Shown: in pieces, positions 1 through 12,684 of the stretch
How the letters are laid out: the number at the start of each line of letters is the position of its first letter
Position numbering within the stretch: the first letter of the stretch is position 1
Source of the DNA: Chiloscyllium plagiosum
Taxonomy: Eukaryota
Length of the DNA: 54,709 nt
Direction: 5' to 3'
Assembly (NCBI RefSeq): GCF_004010195.1
Contig: NC_057720.1
Location: 1,410,937 to 1,465,645 of the forward strand
The notes under the pieces: generated by a model
The model's input: only the letters and a program-made list of their open reading frames with translations
What the model was told of the DNA's origin: nothing
Database searches by the model: none
Translations under genes and position numbers: made by a program

Positions 1-289
1 CAAAGGCCTGAACAATGTTACAAAGCCAGTACGAATTGCTGCAGCTAGAGCTGTTTGCAGAGGGAGGGATGGACATCTGTATTTTCATTGATTCATTCAT
101 GGCCTGAGGATGTCAGCGGATGGACCAGCATACATTATCCCACTGCTAATTGCCCAGAGGAAGCTCAGCGTCAGCCATATTGCTGTGGGACTGGAGTCAC
201 ATGTGAGCCAGACCATGTAAGAATGTCAGATGTCCCTCTCTAAAGGACATACGTGAACAATTTGATTTTTTTCCAGATAATCAACAATG

Positions 290-1364
290 CTTATACAGAG
301 GCCTCACTAATATCCTGTACAGATACACCATGACATCCCAACTCCTACTCTCAATGCTCTGCCCATTGAAGGGTAACCATCTCAAACGCCTGCTTCACCA
401 GCCTGTCTACCTGTGACGTTACTTTCAAAGAACTGTGTACCTGCGTCCCTGGGTCACTGATTGACAACACGACCCAGGGACCGAACATTAACTGTACAAG
501 TCCAGCCTGTTCTGCTTTACCACAATTCAACGTCTTGCATTTCTCCACCTGTTATTTATAACCTGACTGGCCCAGCAGTACTGTTGATTCCATTGTACTC
601 TTGGATAACCCTCTTCACTGTCCACATTATCACCAATTTCAGTCACATTCACAAACTTGCGACCATGGCTCCCGTATTATCATCCAAACTGTTTATATAA
701 ATGGTGCACAACAGTGACCCAGCACCGAACCCCATGGCACACCGTTGGTCACAGGCCTGCAGTCTGAGCAGTAGCCCTCTATGAACACACTCTGTCTCCT
801 ACCGTCAATCTGTTTTGTATCTAGTCGGTGAGCGCTCCCTGGTTATGTGTGATCTCAACACACTCTGTCTCCTACCGTCAATCTGTTTTGTATCTAGTCG
901 GTGAGCGCTCCTGGTTATGTGTGATCTCAACTTACTAACCAGTCTGCCATGCAGAACCTTGTCAAAGGCCTTGCTAAAGTTCATGTGGACATCGTGTACT
1001 GCTCTGCTTTCATGTATCACTTGTCGACCTCCACACTCACATTTGAGGCATGATTTTCCATGCACAAAGGCATGCTGACGATCGTTAATCTGTCCTTCCC
1101 AATCCAAAGGCATGATGATCGTTTCCCTCAGAATCTCCTCCAACAACTTACCATCCCTGCATCAGTCTCACTGGTCTGTAGTGGCTGTCGATGATGCAAA
1201 TATCTCTGGGAGGGGCCCTGCAATTTTCTCCCTTGCTTCTCACAAGGCGCTGGGATACATCTGATCATGTCCCAAGGTTTTATCTAACCTTTATCATTTT
1301 AAGACATCCAGCTCCTCCTGTTCTCCAATGTGCACTCGTTTCAAGACATCACTATGTATTTTCC
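290..1364 (-). mobile_element. Degenerate CR1-type LINE, RT region
   Basis: Minus-strand fragments QHAFVHGKSCL, NFSKAFDKVLHGRL and QVHSSLKVTSQVDRLVK. Frameshifted; ends at an N gap. Confidence 0.8.
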
Positions 1365-1507
1365 NNNNNNNNNNNNNNNNNNNNNNNNNNNNNNNNNNNN
1401 NNNNNNNNNNNNNNNNNNNNNNNNNNNNNNNNNNNNNNNNNNNNNNNNNNNNNNNNNNNNNNNNNNNNNNNNNNNNNNNNNNNNNNNNNNNNNNNNNNNN
1501 NNNNNNN

Positions 1508-2090
1508 TCAAACTATTGAGTCCCCTACCACTAGCGCTTTTCTATTTCCCCCCCCTTCCCTTCTGAGCCACAGTGCCAGGCTCAGTGCCAGAGACCTGAC
1601 AACTATGGCTTTCCCTGCTGGTAGACAGTTCCCACCAGCAGTATCCAAAACGGTATACTTATTGCGGAGGGGAACGGCCACAGGGGATCTCTGCTCTGAC
1701 CGTCGGTTCCCTTTCCCCTCCCTGACAGTAACCCCGCTGTCCTTATCCTGTGTCTGGGGAGTAACCACCTCCCTGTACATCCTCTCAATTTCCCCCTCAG
1801 CATCCCGAATGATCCGTAGTTCATTCAGCTCCAGCTCCAGTTCCCTAACTCAGTTTTCGAGGAGCTGGATTTGGGTGCACTTCCTGCAAATGTAGTTGGC
1901 AGAGACATGTGAAGTGTCTCTCACCTGCCACATTCTGCAGGAGGAACATGCAAGTGCCCTAACATCCATATCCCGCTACTCTGAAAGCCCGCACAGAGAC
2001 TAAACAAAGGAAGAGAAGAAAAAAAAACCTGAAAACTTACCTAGTTTACAGACTCCTAGTAAGGTTAGAGGAGATGCATGGGAGGGAGGC
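1508..2090 (-). mobile_element. CR1 5' end with ORF1 (zinc finger, leucine zipper, start of SGNH/GDSL esterase)
   Basis: From ATG at 1969 (minus): MDVRALACSSCRMWQV...YICRKCTQIQLLEN*VRELELELNELRII, later KALVVGDSIV. One in-frame stop and a frameshift. Confidence 0.8.
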
Positions 2091-3203
2091 ATTTGTATGG
2101 GTATATGAATAGGAAGGGTTTGGAGGGATATGGGCCAGGTGCTGATAGGTGGGGCTAGATTGGGTTGGGATATCTGGTCGGCATGGATAGGTTGGACAGA
2201 GGGTCTGTTTCCATGCTGTACATCTCTATGACTCTAAATGCCCTTAACGTCGCTGAGTCTACTATTTTTGCTGGCAGGCCATTCCACACCCTTACTACTC
2301 TCTGAGTTAAGAAACTACCTCTAATATCTGTCCTAAATCTAACACCCCTCAATTTAAAGCTATGTCCCCTCATGTTAGCCTTCACCATCTGAGGGAAATG
2401 GCTCTCATTGTCCACCCTATCTAACCCTCTGATTATCTTATACATCTCAATTAATCACCTCTCAACCTTCCTCGCTCCAACTAAAACAGCCTCAGTTCCC
2501 TCAGTATAAGTCTTCTGAACCCTTTCCAAAGCTTCCACATCCTTCCTATAATGCAATGACCAGAACTGCACGTAATATGCTAGGTGTGGCCTTACCAGTG
2601 TCTTGTACAGCTGAAGCATGGCCTCGTGGCTCTGAAACTCAATCCCCCATACCAGTAAACGCCAACATACGAGATGCCTTCTTAACAACCCTATGAACCT
2701 GGGTGGCAACTTTCAGGGATTTATGCACCTGGACAACGAGATCTCTCTGTTCATCTACACTGCCAAGAATTTTACCATGAGCCCAGTACTCTGCATTCCT
2801 GTTACTTCTTCCAAAGTGAACTACCTCACACTTTTCCGCATTAAATTACATTTGCCACTTCTCAGCCCAGCTCTGCATCTTATCTATGTCCCTCTGTAAC
2901 CCACAACATCCTTTGGCACTATCCACAACTCTGCCTACCTTAGTGTCATCTACAAATTTACTCACCCATCCTTTGCGCCCACCTCCAGATCATTTATATA
3001 AATGACAAACAGCAGTGGCCCCAAAACATATCCTTGTGGCATACCACTGGTAACTGAGCTCCAGGATGAACATTTCTCATCAACCACGACCCTCTGTATT
3101 TTTTCAATTAGCCAATTTCTGATCCAAACCACTAAATCACCTTCAATCCCGAAACTCCTTATTTTGTGCAATAGCCTACCGTGTGAAACCTTATCAAACA
3201 CCT
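2090..3203 (-). mobile_element. CR1 LINE, RT C-terminus and 3' end
   Basis: FDKVSHGRLL, SGMPQGYVLGPLLFVIYINDL, LYKTLVRPHL, YKIIRGLDRVD. Confidence 0.9.
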
Positions 3204-3379
3204 TACCGAGGACCTAGTCTCCTCGATCGCTCCTTACAGGACACCCCGTCCAGGCAAGTATTTCTGACATTCTGCCCTGGGTGAGGAGATCAGACTGGAC
3301 ACTGTGCTCTCAGCAATCTCCTGTACAGTGGGAGTAAGGGAGCGTCACTCGTCGCCCTTCACGGTGGTCCTGTGGGAGT

Positions 3380-3700
3380 GTCCCTGGCTTGGTAACTCTG
3401 AGGCTCAGGCTGATATTCTGGAGCCATGGTTCAAATCCCTTCACTGCAGTTGGCAGAATTTCAATTCAATCAATAACAATGTCCAATGGAAAGCTAATAG
3501 TGATTATTGCTCCAACTGAGCTGTTCTGTTGTGCTATAGAGAGTGAAATCTGCTATCCTTACCTGGTCTGGCCTACATGTAACTCCAGACCCACAGCATT
3601 GTGCTTGACTCATAACTGCCTTTTAAAATGACCTAAACAAATCATTCTGTTGAAGGGCAATTAGGGACAGGCAACAAAACCGGTGACAGCCACCATCCCT
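3380..3700 (+). mobile_element. Deu-domain SINE (SacSINE1-like), degenerate
   Basis: Core atccttacctggtctggcctacatgtaactccagacccacagca, shared with the copy at about 48.2 kb and partly with the copy at about 35.7 kb. Confidence 0.6.
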
Positions 3701-3914
3701 CGCTCAGTCAGATGTTTGACCATCATTCACTTCCAGCAATGTGTGATGGTTTATTTTCATTTCCTTAGTTGATCCCTGGGATATTTGTTGTCGTCTGTAA
3801 TTACCTGAGAGAAGTTGGAGGTGAGGTTGTCTGTGTGTGGTTGCTGTACATTCTTACATTCCATTATTGACTACATGTCAAAAAATGCTAGCTGTTAGAA
3901 TAACTCCAACCTGC

Positions 3915-4745
3915 CTTCCTCTCACATTTAGCTACATTGAACTCCATTTGCCTTTTCTCAGCCCAATTCTGCAGTTTATCCACGTGCCCCTGCAACCTGT
4001 AACATTCTTCCAAACTGTCCACTATTCCACCGACTTTAGTGTCCTTCAGTCTTCTGGCACTACTCCTGTCGACAATGATGACATAAAGATCAAAGCCAAA
4101 GGCTCTGCAGTCTCCTCCCTGGCTTCCCAGAGAATCCCAGGATAAATCTCATCTGGCCCTGGGCTCTTATCTATTTTCAGATCTTCCAAAATTGCTAAAA
4201 CCTCCTCTTTGTCAACCTCAATCCCATCTAATCTCATAGTCTGTATCTCCGTATTCTCACTAACATTGCCTTTTTCCAATGTGAATACTGATGAAAAGAA
4301 TTCATTAAGCACTTCCCCTATGTCCTCAGATTCCACACACAACTTTCCACTACTGTCTTCAATTGGCCCTAATCTTACTCTAGTCATTCTTTTATTCCTG
4401 ATATCCAATAAAAGGCCTTAAGATTTTCCTTGATCCTATCCGCCAACAACTTCTCAAGTCCCCTCCTGGCTCTTCTTAGCCCTCTCTTTAGATCTTTTCT
4501 GGCTAACTTGTAACTGTCAAGCCCTCTAACTGAGCCTTCATGCCTCATCCTCACATAAGCTTTTCTCTTCCTCTTGACAAGAGCTTCAACTTCTTTCGTA
4601 AACCATGGCTCCCTCTCTCGACAACTACCTCCCTGCCTGACAGGCAGAGACTTAACAAGGACCTGCAGTAGCTCATCCTTGAACAAGCTCCAGATTTCAA
4701 GAGTGCCCATCCCCTGCAGTTTCCTTCCCCATCCTATGCATCCTA
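3915..4745 (-). mobile_element. CR1 LINE ORF2 fragment
   Basis: KIDKSPGPDEIYPGILWEAREETAEPL, EPWFTKEVEALVKRK. Confidence 0.85.
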
Positions 4746-4970
4746 AAAGTGGAGCAGTTAGGTGGGAAGGACAATGGAAAGGCAGGACAGTTCAAGAGGG
4801 CGGTGCCGACTTGGAGGGTTGGATCTGGGATAAGGTGAGGGGAGGGAAAATGAGGAAACTGGTGAAATCCACATTGATGCCATGTGGTTGAAGGCTCCCA
4901 AGGCGGAAGATGAGACGTTCCTCCTCCAAGCATTAGGTGGCTTGGATTTGGCAGTGGAGGAGGCCTAGGT
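4746..4970 (-). mobile_element. Penelope-like element, 3' end of the GIY-YIG ORF
   Basis: Minus translation LEEERLIFRLGSLQPHGINVDF, typical of a PLE endonuclease C-terminus. Confidence 0.65.
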
Positions 4971-5580
4971 AGAAGAAGTGACTGACACCCTCAATGTTTG
5001 TTGATCGATGGCCGTGGGGAATTTTGTTGCCATCCAGTTGTCATTAACTTGGTCTTCTCAATGCTGCAGTAGACCAACCTTGGCTCAAGAATGGAGGTCA
5101 CATTTTAGAGTGTACATGATTCAGAAGTAGCATGTTAAGAATATCCAGCAAGCTGAACTTAAGTGGAGTATATCAGAGAACTCATTTTTTATTACTCTAG
5201 TTGTGTTTTGATTTAGAAACCAAAAAAATTAGCATTGTGGTTACATTTCCTTCCCAAAACCTCATGCACCATTGGGATTTTTGCAACAGTCAATAATAGA
5301 TTATCACTAAAACCAGCTTTAATTAACCAAATTTAAATCTAAAGCCTATGTCCTCAAAGCATTCGCCTGAGCCTCTGGATTACCACCATGCCACCGTCAC
5401 TCTTACTTTCTCGGCACTACATAAACACAGGTTATGTCCATGGCAAGTTCAGAGTAATTAAGAGAAAAACATATGCTTGCCACAAGAGTATTTTTAAAAA
5501 ATAGCATTTTAAAAAATAATTTCAAGTCAATTTTGAGACAGCAGGATCATTTTAAGACCATCAAAAATTCAACAAATTAC

Positions 5581-5733
5581 CTTAAATTTGCTGACAAATT
5601 GTCCCACTTGTTCCACAACTCCTGCCACATCATTTCCAGGTGTCCAGGGCAGAGATGGCTTCCTTGGATAGGTTCCAGCACGCATGTAAGTTTCAACTGG
5701 ATTTACTCCACAAGCATGAACTTTGATTAGAAC
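5581..5733 (-). CDS. CRYZ: Zeta-crystallin / NADPH quinone oxidoreductase, second coding exon (153 nt)
   Basis: [51 protein letters not shown] matches vertebrate CRYZ. Acceptor TTAG|, donor AAG|GTAATT, phase 0/0. Confidence 0.96.
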
Positions 5734-6669
5734 CTAAGAGTGTAAAGAGCATCATTACTCTTCAAAACAAGTGGGATCAGAAATGTTGCTGGCCACAGTG
5801 TGGGTCAGGCGTATCACTGAAGCGATAGTTAATCCTTTAATAAACCAACATATGAAGATCCAGATTGTGGGGAAATTTCTATGCTCAGCATATAATTTTA
5901 TTATACAATGACAGCATGGGAGTAGACATTCAGCACTTCACCACTCTGTTGGCTCCTCGACAGAATTAATTATTTTATTCCACTCTCACTTGCTCATTCT
6001 CCATGACCTTGCAAATTCCTTCACAATTTTACACCAAACTTTCTTTCAAAAGTACCTTTTGAGTAGTTTGTCATATAATTTCACTTGAGAATAAAGGACA
6101 AAATAGAAAAGACACAAAGAAAATAAGAAGTGAAGTGACTTCTTAGTTATTGGCTACAAGCTGTGAGTATTAGTTGATTCAAGTATTGTCCTGCAATCTT
6201 GGTTCAGGTATTTTGTAACTGTTTGACCTCATCTTCTGCACTGCATCTTTATCTCAGGTATTCAAATAAAGGAAATAGGAATATGTAGGAGTTGACCATA
6301 CAACTTCTCAACACTGTTCCAACATTCAATAATAATATGGCTGGCCTTCCACTTCATTTCCACTTGCCCTACCGTTCGACTTGTTGATTGAGCTAAACAG
6401 ATGGAGTTCATGACACCACTGGGAGTCAGCTCTGTGAGCATTTTCAATTCTACACCCATTTCAATTATGTTTCTGGGACTTGTGCTCTGTTATGTTGGAT
6501 AATCAGACTTTCACCCTAAACAAGTGAAAAATATTTAGAATAGTAATGTAAATCAGTTCCTTACCCATGACTAACGAAATCCATAAGTATGACAGCAAAA
6601 CCAACAAATTCTTGGATACTAGCTCTAAGCCAAGAATCAAAACTGCACCCTGCAGGTTTAGAAATTAAT

Positions 6670-6915
6670 CATAGAATCCCTACAGTGCAGAAAGAGGCTA
6701 TTCAGCCCATTAAGGCTGCACCAAACATCCTAAGAGTGCGGTGCTGGAAACCCAGATCCCTACCCTATCCTTACAACCTTGCATTTGCCATGGCTATCAA
6801 TCTAGCCTGCACACACCCCTGGACACTATGAACACTTTAGCATGGCCTATCCACCTAAGCTGCGCACCTCTGAACTGTGGGGAGAAACACAGAGAGAACA
6901 TGCAAACTCTATACA
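6670..6915 (-). mobile_element. HE1-type V-SINE, 3' part; its 5' part resumes at about 11408-11480 after a large PLE insertion
   Basis: ccacctaagctgcgcacctctgaactgtggg...tgcaaactc; continuation with a tRNA-like head at 11410-11480. Confidence 0.7.
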
Positions 6916-7127
6916 TAATGTGAAGGTGCCGGTGTTGGACTGGGGTGGACAAAGTTAAAAATCATACAACACCAGGTTAGAGTCCAACCGGTTTATTTGG
7001 AAGCACTAGCTTTTGGTGCGCTGCTCCTTCATCAGGTAGCTGTGGAGCAGGATCATAAGACACAGAATGTATAGCAAAATATTAGTGTCATACAACTGAA
7101 ATGCTTTATTAAACAAACTAGATTGCT

Positions 7128-7510
7128 GTTGTGGTTCTGTTCGCCGAGCTGGGAATTTGTATTGCAGATGCTTCGTCCCCTGTCTAGGTGACATCCTCAG
7201 TGTTTGGGAGCCTCCTGTGAAGCGCTTCTGTGATCTTTCCTCCGGCATTTATAGTGGTTTGTATCTGCCGCTTCCGGTTGTCAGTTCCAGCTGTCCGCTG
7301 CAGTGGCCGCTATATTGGGTCCAGGTCAATGTGCTTATTGATTGAATCTGTGGATGAGTGCCATGCCTCTAGGAATTCCCTGGCTGTTCTCTGTTTGGCT
7401 TGTCCTATAATAGTAGTGTTGTCCCAGTCAAACTCATGTTGCTTGTCATCTGAGTGTGTGGCTACTAAGGATACACCAACTAGCCACGAAACGACACGAC
7501 CAGCTATCGA
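7128..7510 (-). mobile_element. Second PLE family, 3' fragment (GIY-YIG C-terminus plus hammerhead-like motif)
   Basis: HEFDWDNTTIIGQAKQRTAREFLEAWHS..INKHIDLDPI; minus CTGAGGA-TGTC..GAC-GAAG at 7167-7200. Confidence 0.75.
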
Positions 7511-7559
7511 GTGCATGTGTGAGTGTGTAAGTGTATGAGAATGAGTGAGAGAGAGTGAG

Positions 7560-9810
7560 TGAGAGAGAGTGTATAGTCTAGTGGGGTCACCTGTCGTGTG
7601 ACATGAACCCAAGGTCCCTTTTCAAGTCACCTTCATGGGTTCTGAACCTGGCTATCAACCTCTGCTCAGCTACTCTGCATTATTGCTTATCTCAAAGTCT
7701 GATTTGGAGAATGGACTCCCAACGATTCCAAGCCAAATGTCCCCGACCGCTGAAGTGTTCCCTGACTGGGAGGGAACACCCCTGTCTGGCGATTGTTGCA
7801 TGGTGTCCATTCATCTGTTGTTGTAGCATCTGCTTGGTCTCGTCAATGTACAATGCCTCGAGGCATCCTTGCCTGCAGCGTATGAGATAGACAACATTGG
7901 CCAAGTCACAGGAGTACCGGCCATGTACATGGTGGGTGATATCCCGACGTGTAATGGTGGTATCCATGTTGACACTCTGACATGTCTTGCAGTGGTTGTC
8001 ATGACAGGGTTGTATGGTGTTATGGTCCATGTTGACCTGAAGGCTGGGCAGTTTGCTGAGAACAATGGTCTGTTTAAGGTTTGGCGGTTAGTTCAAGGTG
8101 AGAAGTGGAAGTGTAGGGAAGATCTTGGCAAGATACTCGTCCTCATTGATAATGTGTTGCAGGCTGCAAAGAACATGGCATATTTTCTCCTCTCCTGGGA
8201 AGTACTAGACATCAAAGGGTACCCTATCGGTTGCATGCTGCCTCTGTCTCCTGAGGAGATCATTCCAATTTCTCGCTGTGGGATGTGCTGGTTGGAGGAC
8301 CTGTGCAGCAAAGAAGTCTTGTTCGAACTTGTGCATGAAAATGTTGGCATATTGGGGTGCAAATTTGGTCCCCATGGCTGCTCCATGTGTCTGGATGAAG
8401 ATCTAGTTGTCAAAGGTGAAAACATTGTGATTGAGGGTGAAGCGGAAGAGTTGCAGGATGGTGCTCGGAGATTTGCAGTTGTTGGTATTAAGTACTGAGG
8501 CTGTTGCAGCGATGCCATCATTGTGGGAGATGCTGAAACGTCCATCATGATGAGGAATGTTCCTGGTTCAACTAGTCCGTGGGTGCTGAGTAAGGAATCT
8601 GTTGTGTCGCGACAGAAGCTGGGGACCCTTGTACAATGGATTTCAAAACTCCCTCAACATACCCAGAGAGGTTCTCACACAGGGTCCCATTGCTGATATG
8701 ATGGGACGTCCAGGTGTGTGGGCTTTGTGAATCTTCAGAAGGCAGTAGACGTCCCCTACGTGAGAAGTACATGGAATGAGACAGCATAGGGAACTCTGAA
8801 GGACTGGATCAAAAGTCTTGATCAATGTGTTTAGTACACAGGTTTATTCTTGAGTCGGATCAACCAATAGTTGGCTGGAGTGTTTCTGGTTGTTCAGTTG
8901 TCAGTACACTTCCTTGCTGATGATGATGGCTTCTCCTTCATCTGCTGGTTTGATGACAATGTTGCAAATGGTTTTGAGAGCATAGATGGCATTGCATTGT
9001 GATCGGGTGATGTTTTGCTGTAACTTGTGGGCACGGCTGATGAATCTGGCATTTACACATATCCTGACAGTTTGAGTATATGGGTTAAGCTCAGGGCAGT
9101 GGTCCTCTGGAAGGATCCAAATCAACTCCTTCTTTGGTTGCTCCACTACAGACCTCTCTGATGACTGTTCCGGTTTTTCTCATTGGGATCGCTGCTGACA
9201 TCTTGGAAGAATTCCCGGAGCCTCATTCATCTGATGAATTCCTCTGTGGCTGCCGCAAGACCAATGGGGTCCACTATGGTGGTGGGGAAGAAATTGAGCC
9301 TTCGGCTGAGAACTTCAATCTCTTCCAGTTGGACGGTGTGGTCCGATAAGTTGCTGATCGATTTTTCTGTGGAGATAACATTTTCAACTGTGGTGCCAAG
9401 GGAGGCTTGGCTACTGCTGGTCGTGATGCCAGTTTTCTCCAGTTTCTTGTTTTTGGTGTGCATGTACATGGTGTAGCTCTGTCACCTTGTCTGGTTGGCA
9501 GTGTCTCATTACTGTACTGTTGTATTTTGAGCGCAAGCTGAGAGTATGGACTCCATCTTGATTTCAAGGTTATGGCCCCTGCTGTAAAGTTAGTACAGGA
9601 GATGTTTGAGGAGTTTGCGAGAAGTGTGGCAGTAAAGTCTCTCAGCGTAATCTGAGTTGTAGGTCAACTTGAGTGGGATCGTGATCCGTAATTCTTTTGG
9701 GATATTTCCTGCTTTCTTGATTTCTGCAGAAACTTGATTTCTGTGTTGACATACACGATCTTCTTGGAGATCCTCTCCACTTTGAGCCGACAGTTAGTGG
9801 TGTCAATGGT
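7560..9810 (-). pseudogene. Decayed PLE ORF (RT plus GIY-YIG endonuclease)
   Basis: Minus fragments NIVIKPADEGEAIII, QTHGAAMGTKFAPQYANIFMHKFEQ (RT motif) and NVVYLIRCRQGCLEALYIDETKQMLQQQMNGH (GIY-YIG). Multiple frameshifts. Confidence 0.85.
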
Positions 9811-10014
9811 AACCATGAGGTGGAGGTGCCGGTTTTGGACTGGGGTGTACAACGTTAAAAATTACACAACACCAGGTTATAGTCTAACGGGTTTCTTTGG
9901 ATTCACTAGCTTTCAGAGTGTTGCTCCTTTATCAGATAGTTATGGAGCAGGATCATGAGACACAGAATTTTTAGCAAAAGATTACAGTGTCACACACCTG
10001 AAATGATATATTGA

Positions 10015-10194
10015 ACACTCTCTCACACACACTCTCTCTCATACACACATACATTCCCCACACGCACATCCGTGCACACATCATCTTGTAGGCTTATACT
10101 CCATCACAATCACACACACTTTACCAAGCATGCACACATGCAAACACACACTCTCTCATGCGCATTCACACGCACACTCATGCACACACTCACG

Positions 10195-10226
<32 letters not shown>
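10015..10226. repeat. Degenerate (CA)n-rich tract ending in a pure (CA)n run
   Basis: Directly visible. Confidence 0.9.
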
Positions 10227-10229
<3 letters not shown>

Positions 10230-10357
10230 CTAAGTCTGTGGGGTGAATCTGCATTTGCAAAATTATATTTGCAGATACATTGTGCATTTTTAAGCAAAAT
10301 ACAATCTGCAGGCAGTCAATCCATATAGCATTTTATAAATTCCTACTTTGGAAATAG

Positions 10358-11046
10358 TGTTACGACATGGCGGTAAACACTTCTGTTAATTAAACCAACA
10401 CAGAAATTCCACTAAGAAAAAAATATTAACTTTATTCTTTAACTCTAAAAGTGAACATTAAACAACAACTATTGACAACACTAAGCTTCCTTTCTCTTAA
10501 AGGTTTGTTATCCACCTCCAACTGATCCAATAAAAGCCCCTAGTAAAATTACATCAACTTAATTTTCAAAAACACCCAGCGGCTGTCATCATCAGGGTTC
10601 TTCTTCTTTCAGCTGTAGATCTCTCTGGGTCGTCTTTGGTCTTTTGCTGCAAAGATGTTTCATATGAAAAAGGTACCTTTGTTAGAGAGCGTTTTGCTGG
10701 CAGTTACTCTGACAATGGCAGTTGGTCACTCTCTCTGGCTAACTCTCAAAATGTCTGCTTCTTTATACCCCAAACATTGGATTGTCTCATTGGTTTGATG
10801 TTGGCAAAACAGTAAAATTTAAATTCAAATGGGTTTTAGTATCCTGGGTCATAATTTAAACTGATTGGTTAAATTCAAATGGTTATCAACATAGCTCAGG
10901 TATTTGTTTCACAGCCAAATGTTATATATTTCCAATTTTCCAGTACACTCTGAGACTGCTAGTCAGTCACATGACAGGTACCTGCAAGCTCTCAGTGCAA
11001 AATAATTTTCACTCTCTTAAAGGTACACGCTTTCAAGTTCATAACA
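10358..11046 (-). mobile_element. Solo LTR (689 bp), probably Gypsy- or ERV-type
   Basis: TGTTA...TAACA termini; 4-bp TSD ATAG at 10354-10357 and 11047-11050; minus-strand CCAAT boxes, GGTATAAAG (about 10761-10769) and AATAAA (about 10431). Confidence 0.8.
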
Positions 11047-12049
11047 ATAGAACCAATCAGACTCAAGATTGGGATACAGACAGATTCTAACCTCACACTT
11101 TTAATACACTGTCTGAGTTGAGATGTCATTTTTTTTAATAAAACCTTAAGTTATCTCGAGAATGTGATTTAAAAGAAGTCCTGGGATTTACATATCTGCA
11201 ACCTGCAACCCATTCTAAAAGATGAAAGACTTAACAGTCATCTAGGTTTGTTCAATATATCATTTCAGCTGTATGACACTGTAATGTTTTGCTATAAATT
11301 CTGTGTCTTATGATCCTGCTCCACAGCTACCTGATGAAGGAACAGCACTCCGAAAGTTAGTGCTTCCAAATAAACCTGTTGGACCTGGTGTTATGTAATT
11401 TTAAACTCGAAACAGCCACCCAAAGCTAGAATCGAACCCAATTCCCTGGCATTGTGAGGCTAACCACTGAACCATCATGCAACCTTATTAAATGCTTGAT
11501 AATTCAACAAAAATTATAATCTCAACTCTATAATCTCAACTCAAAAATCATTGCCTTGTAAAGCAAATAGCTCTACTGCACATCCTAGCATCAGTAATAC
11601 TCATAGATCAACGAGGTTTTTATTCCCACCAAAGAGCAATGGGCATGAAATTGTTGTCAATTCCTCAAATCCTGGGAGGAACAGTGTCATTGTCATTATG
11701 TCACCAGACTAGTCATTCCAGAGGCCTAAGCCAATGTTCTCCAGACATGGGGCAGCTGGTGAAATTTCAGTTCAGTCAATAAGAATATAAAGCTAGCCTC
11801 TGTGATGAACACTATTTCTGAACAATGCTTTCCAGAGGGTGGTTCCCAGAATGGACACAATGTTCCAGGAGAGGCTCAGCCAGTGTTTTATATAGATTTA
11901 AAACAATTTAATCACTTCAGTACTTCTTTTATACATATTTTCATGGGATGTTGATATTAGTGGCTAGGTCAGCATTTATTGCTCATCCCTAATTGCCCAT
12001 AGGGGAGTTAATAAACAATTCACTGGAGTCTCGTGGCCAGACCGTGTAA

Positions 12050-12680
12050 CCGTGGAGAGGGTCGAGAGTGTAAATTTCCTAGGAGTGATGATAACCAACA
12101 ATCTGTCCTGGACCTCCCACATAGATGTGACGGTCTAGAAGACACAACAATGGCACTTCTTCCTCAGGCAGCTTAGGAAATTTGGCATATCCATAAGGAC
12201 CCTCACCAATGTTTACAGATGCACCACAAAAAGCATTCTATACAGGTGCATGACAGGCTGGTACAGCAACTGCTCTGTCAGGACCATAAGAAACTACAGA
12301 AAGTTGTTTGCTTATCAAAGACGATCATGGAAACCAACCTCCCATTCATGGACTCCATTTAGGGCATTGAGGGTGAGTTGGAGGTTTGGATTAGGAATTG
12401 GCTGGATGGAAGAAGACAGAGGGTAGTAGTTGATGGCAAAGTTTCTTCATGGCACACACACACACAAACGTTCAAGAACAGCTTCTTCCCTGCTGTTATT
12501 AGACTGCTGAATGGACCTCTCTAACTTCAAATAATGTTGATCTTTGTTCACGTGCCTCCTGTGCAGCCACAATTTTATATGTCTCGCTCTGTCCACGTAC
12601 CCTATGGTCGGTTAGTCCTTATTTGCTATGATTTGCTTATATTGCTTGCATACTTAGGTACATGTGACTATAATAACTCA
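12050..12680 (+). mobile_element. Rex1/Babar LINE 3' fragment with a short embedded CR1 piece
   Basis: gtcgagagtgtaaatttcctaggagtgatgataaccaacaatctgtcctgg is homologous to the Rex element at 18-20 kb; CR1 piece at 12360-12452. Confidence 0.7.
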
Positions 12681-12684
12681 AGTC

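Larger units (their letters stand above)
6917..11405. mobile_element. Composite Penelope-like insertion with inverted terminal pLTR sequences (family B)
   Basis: Starts with a reverse pLTR (gtgccggtgttggactggggtggacaaagttaaaaatc) and ends with a forward pLTR carrying CTGATGA...GAAA at about 11332-11356. Interrupts an HE1 SINE. Confidence 0.75.
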
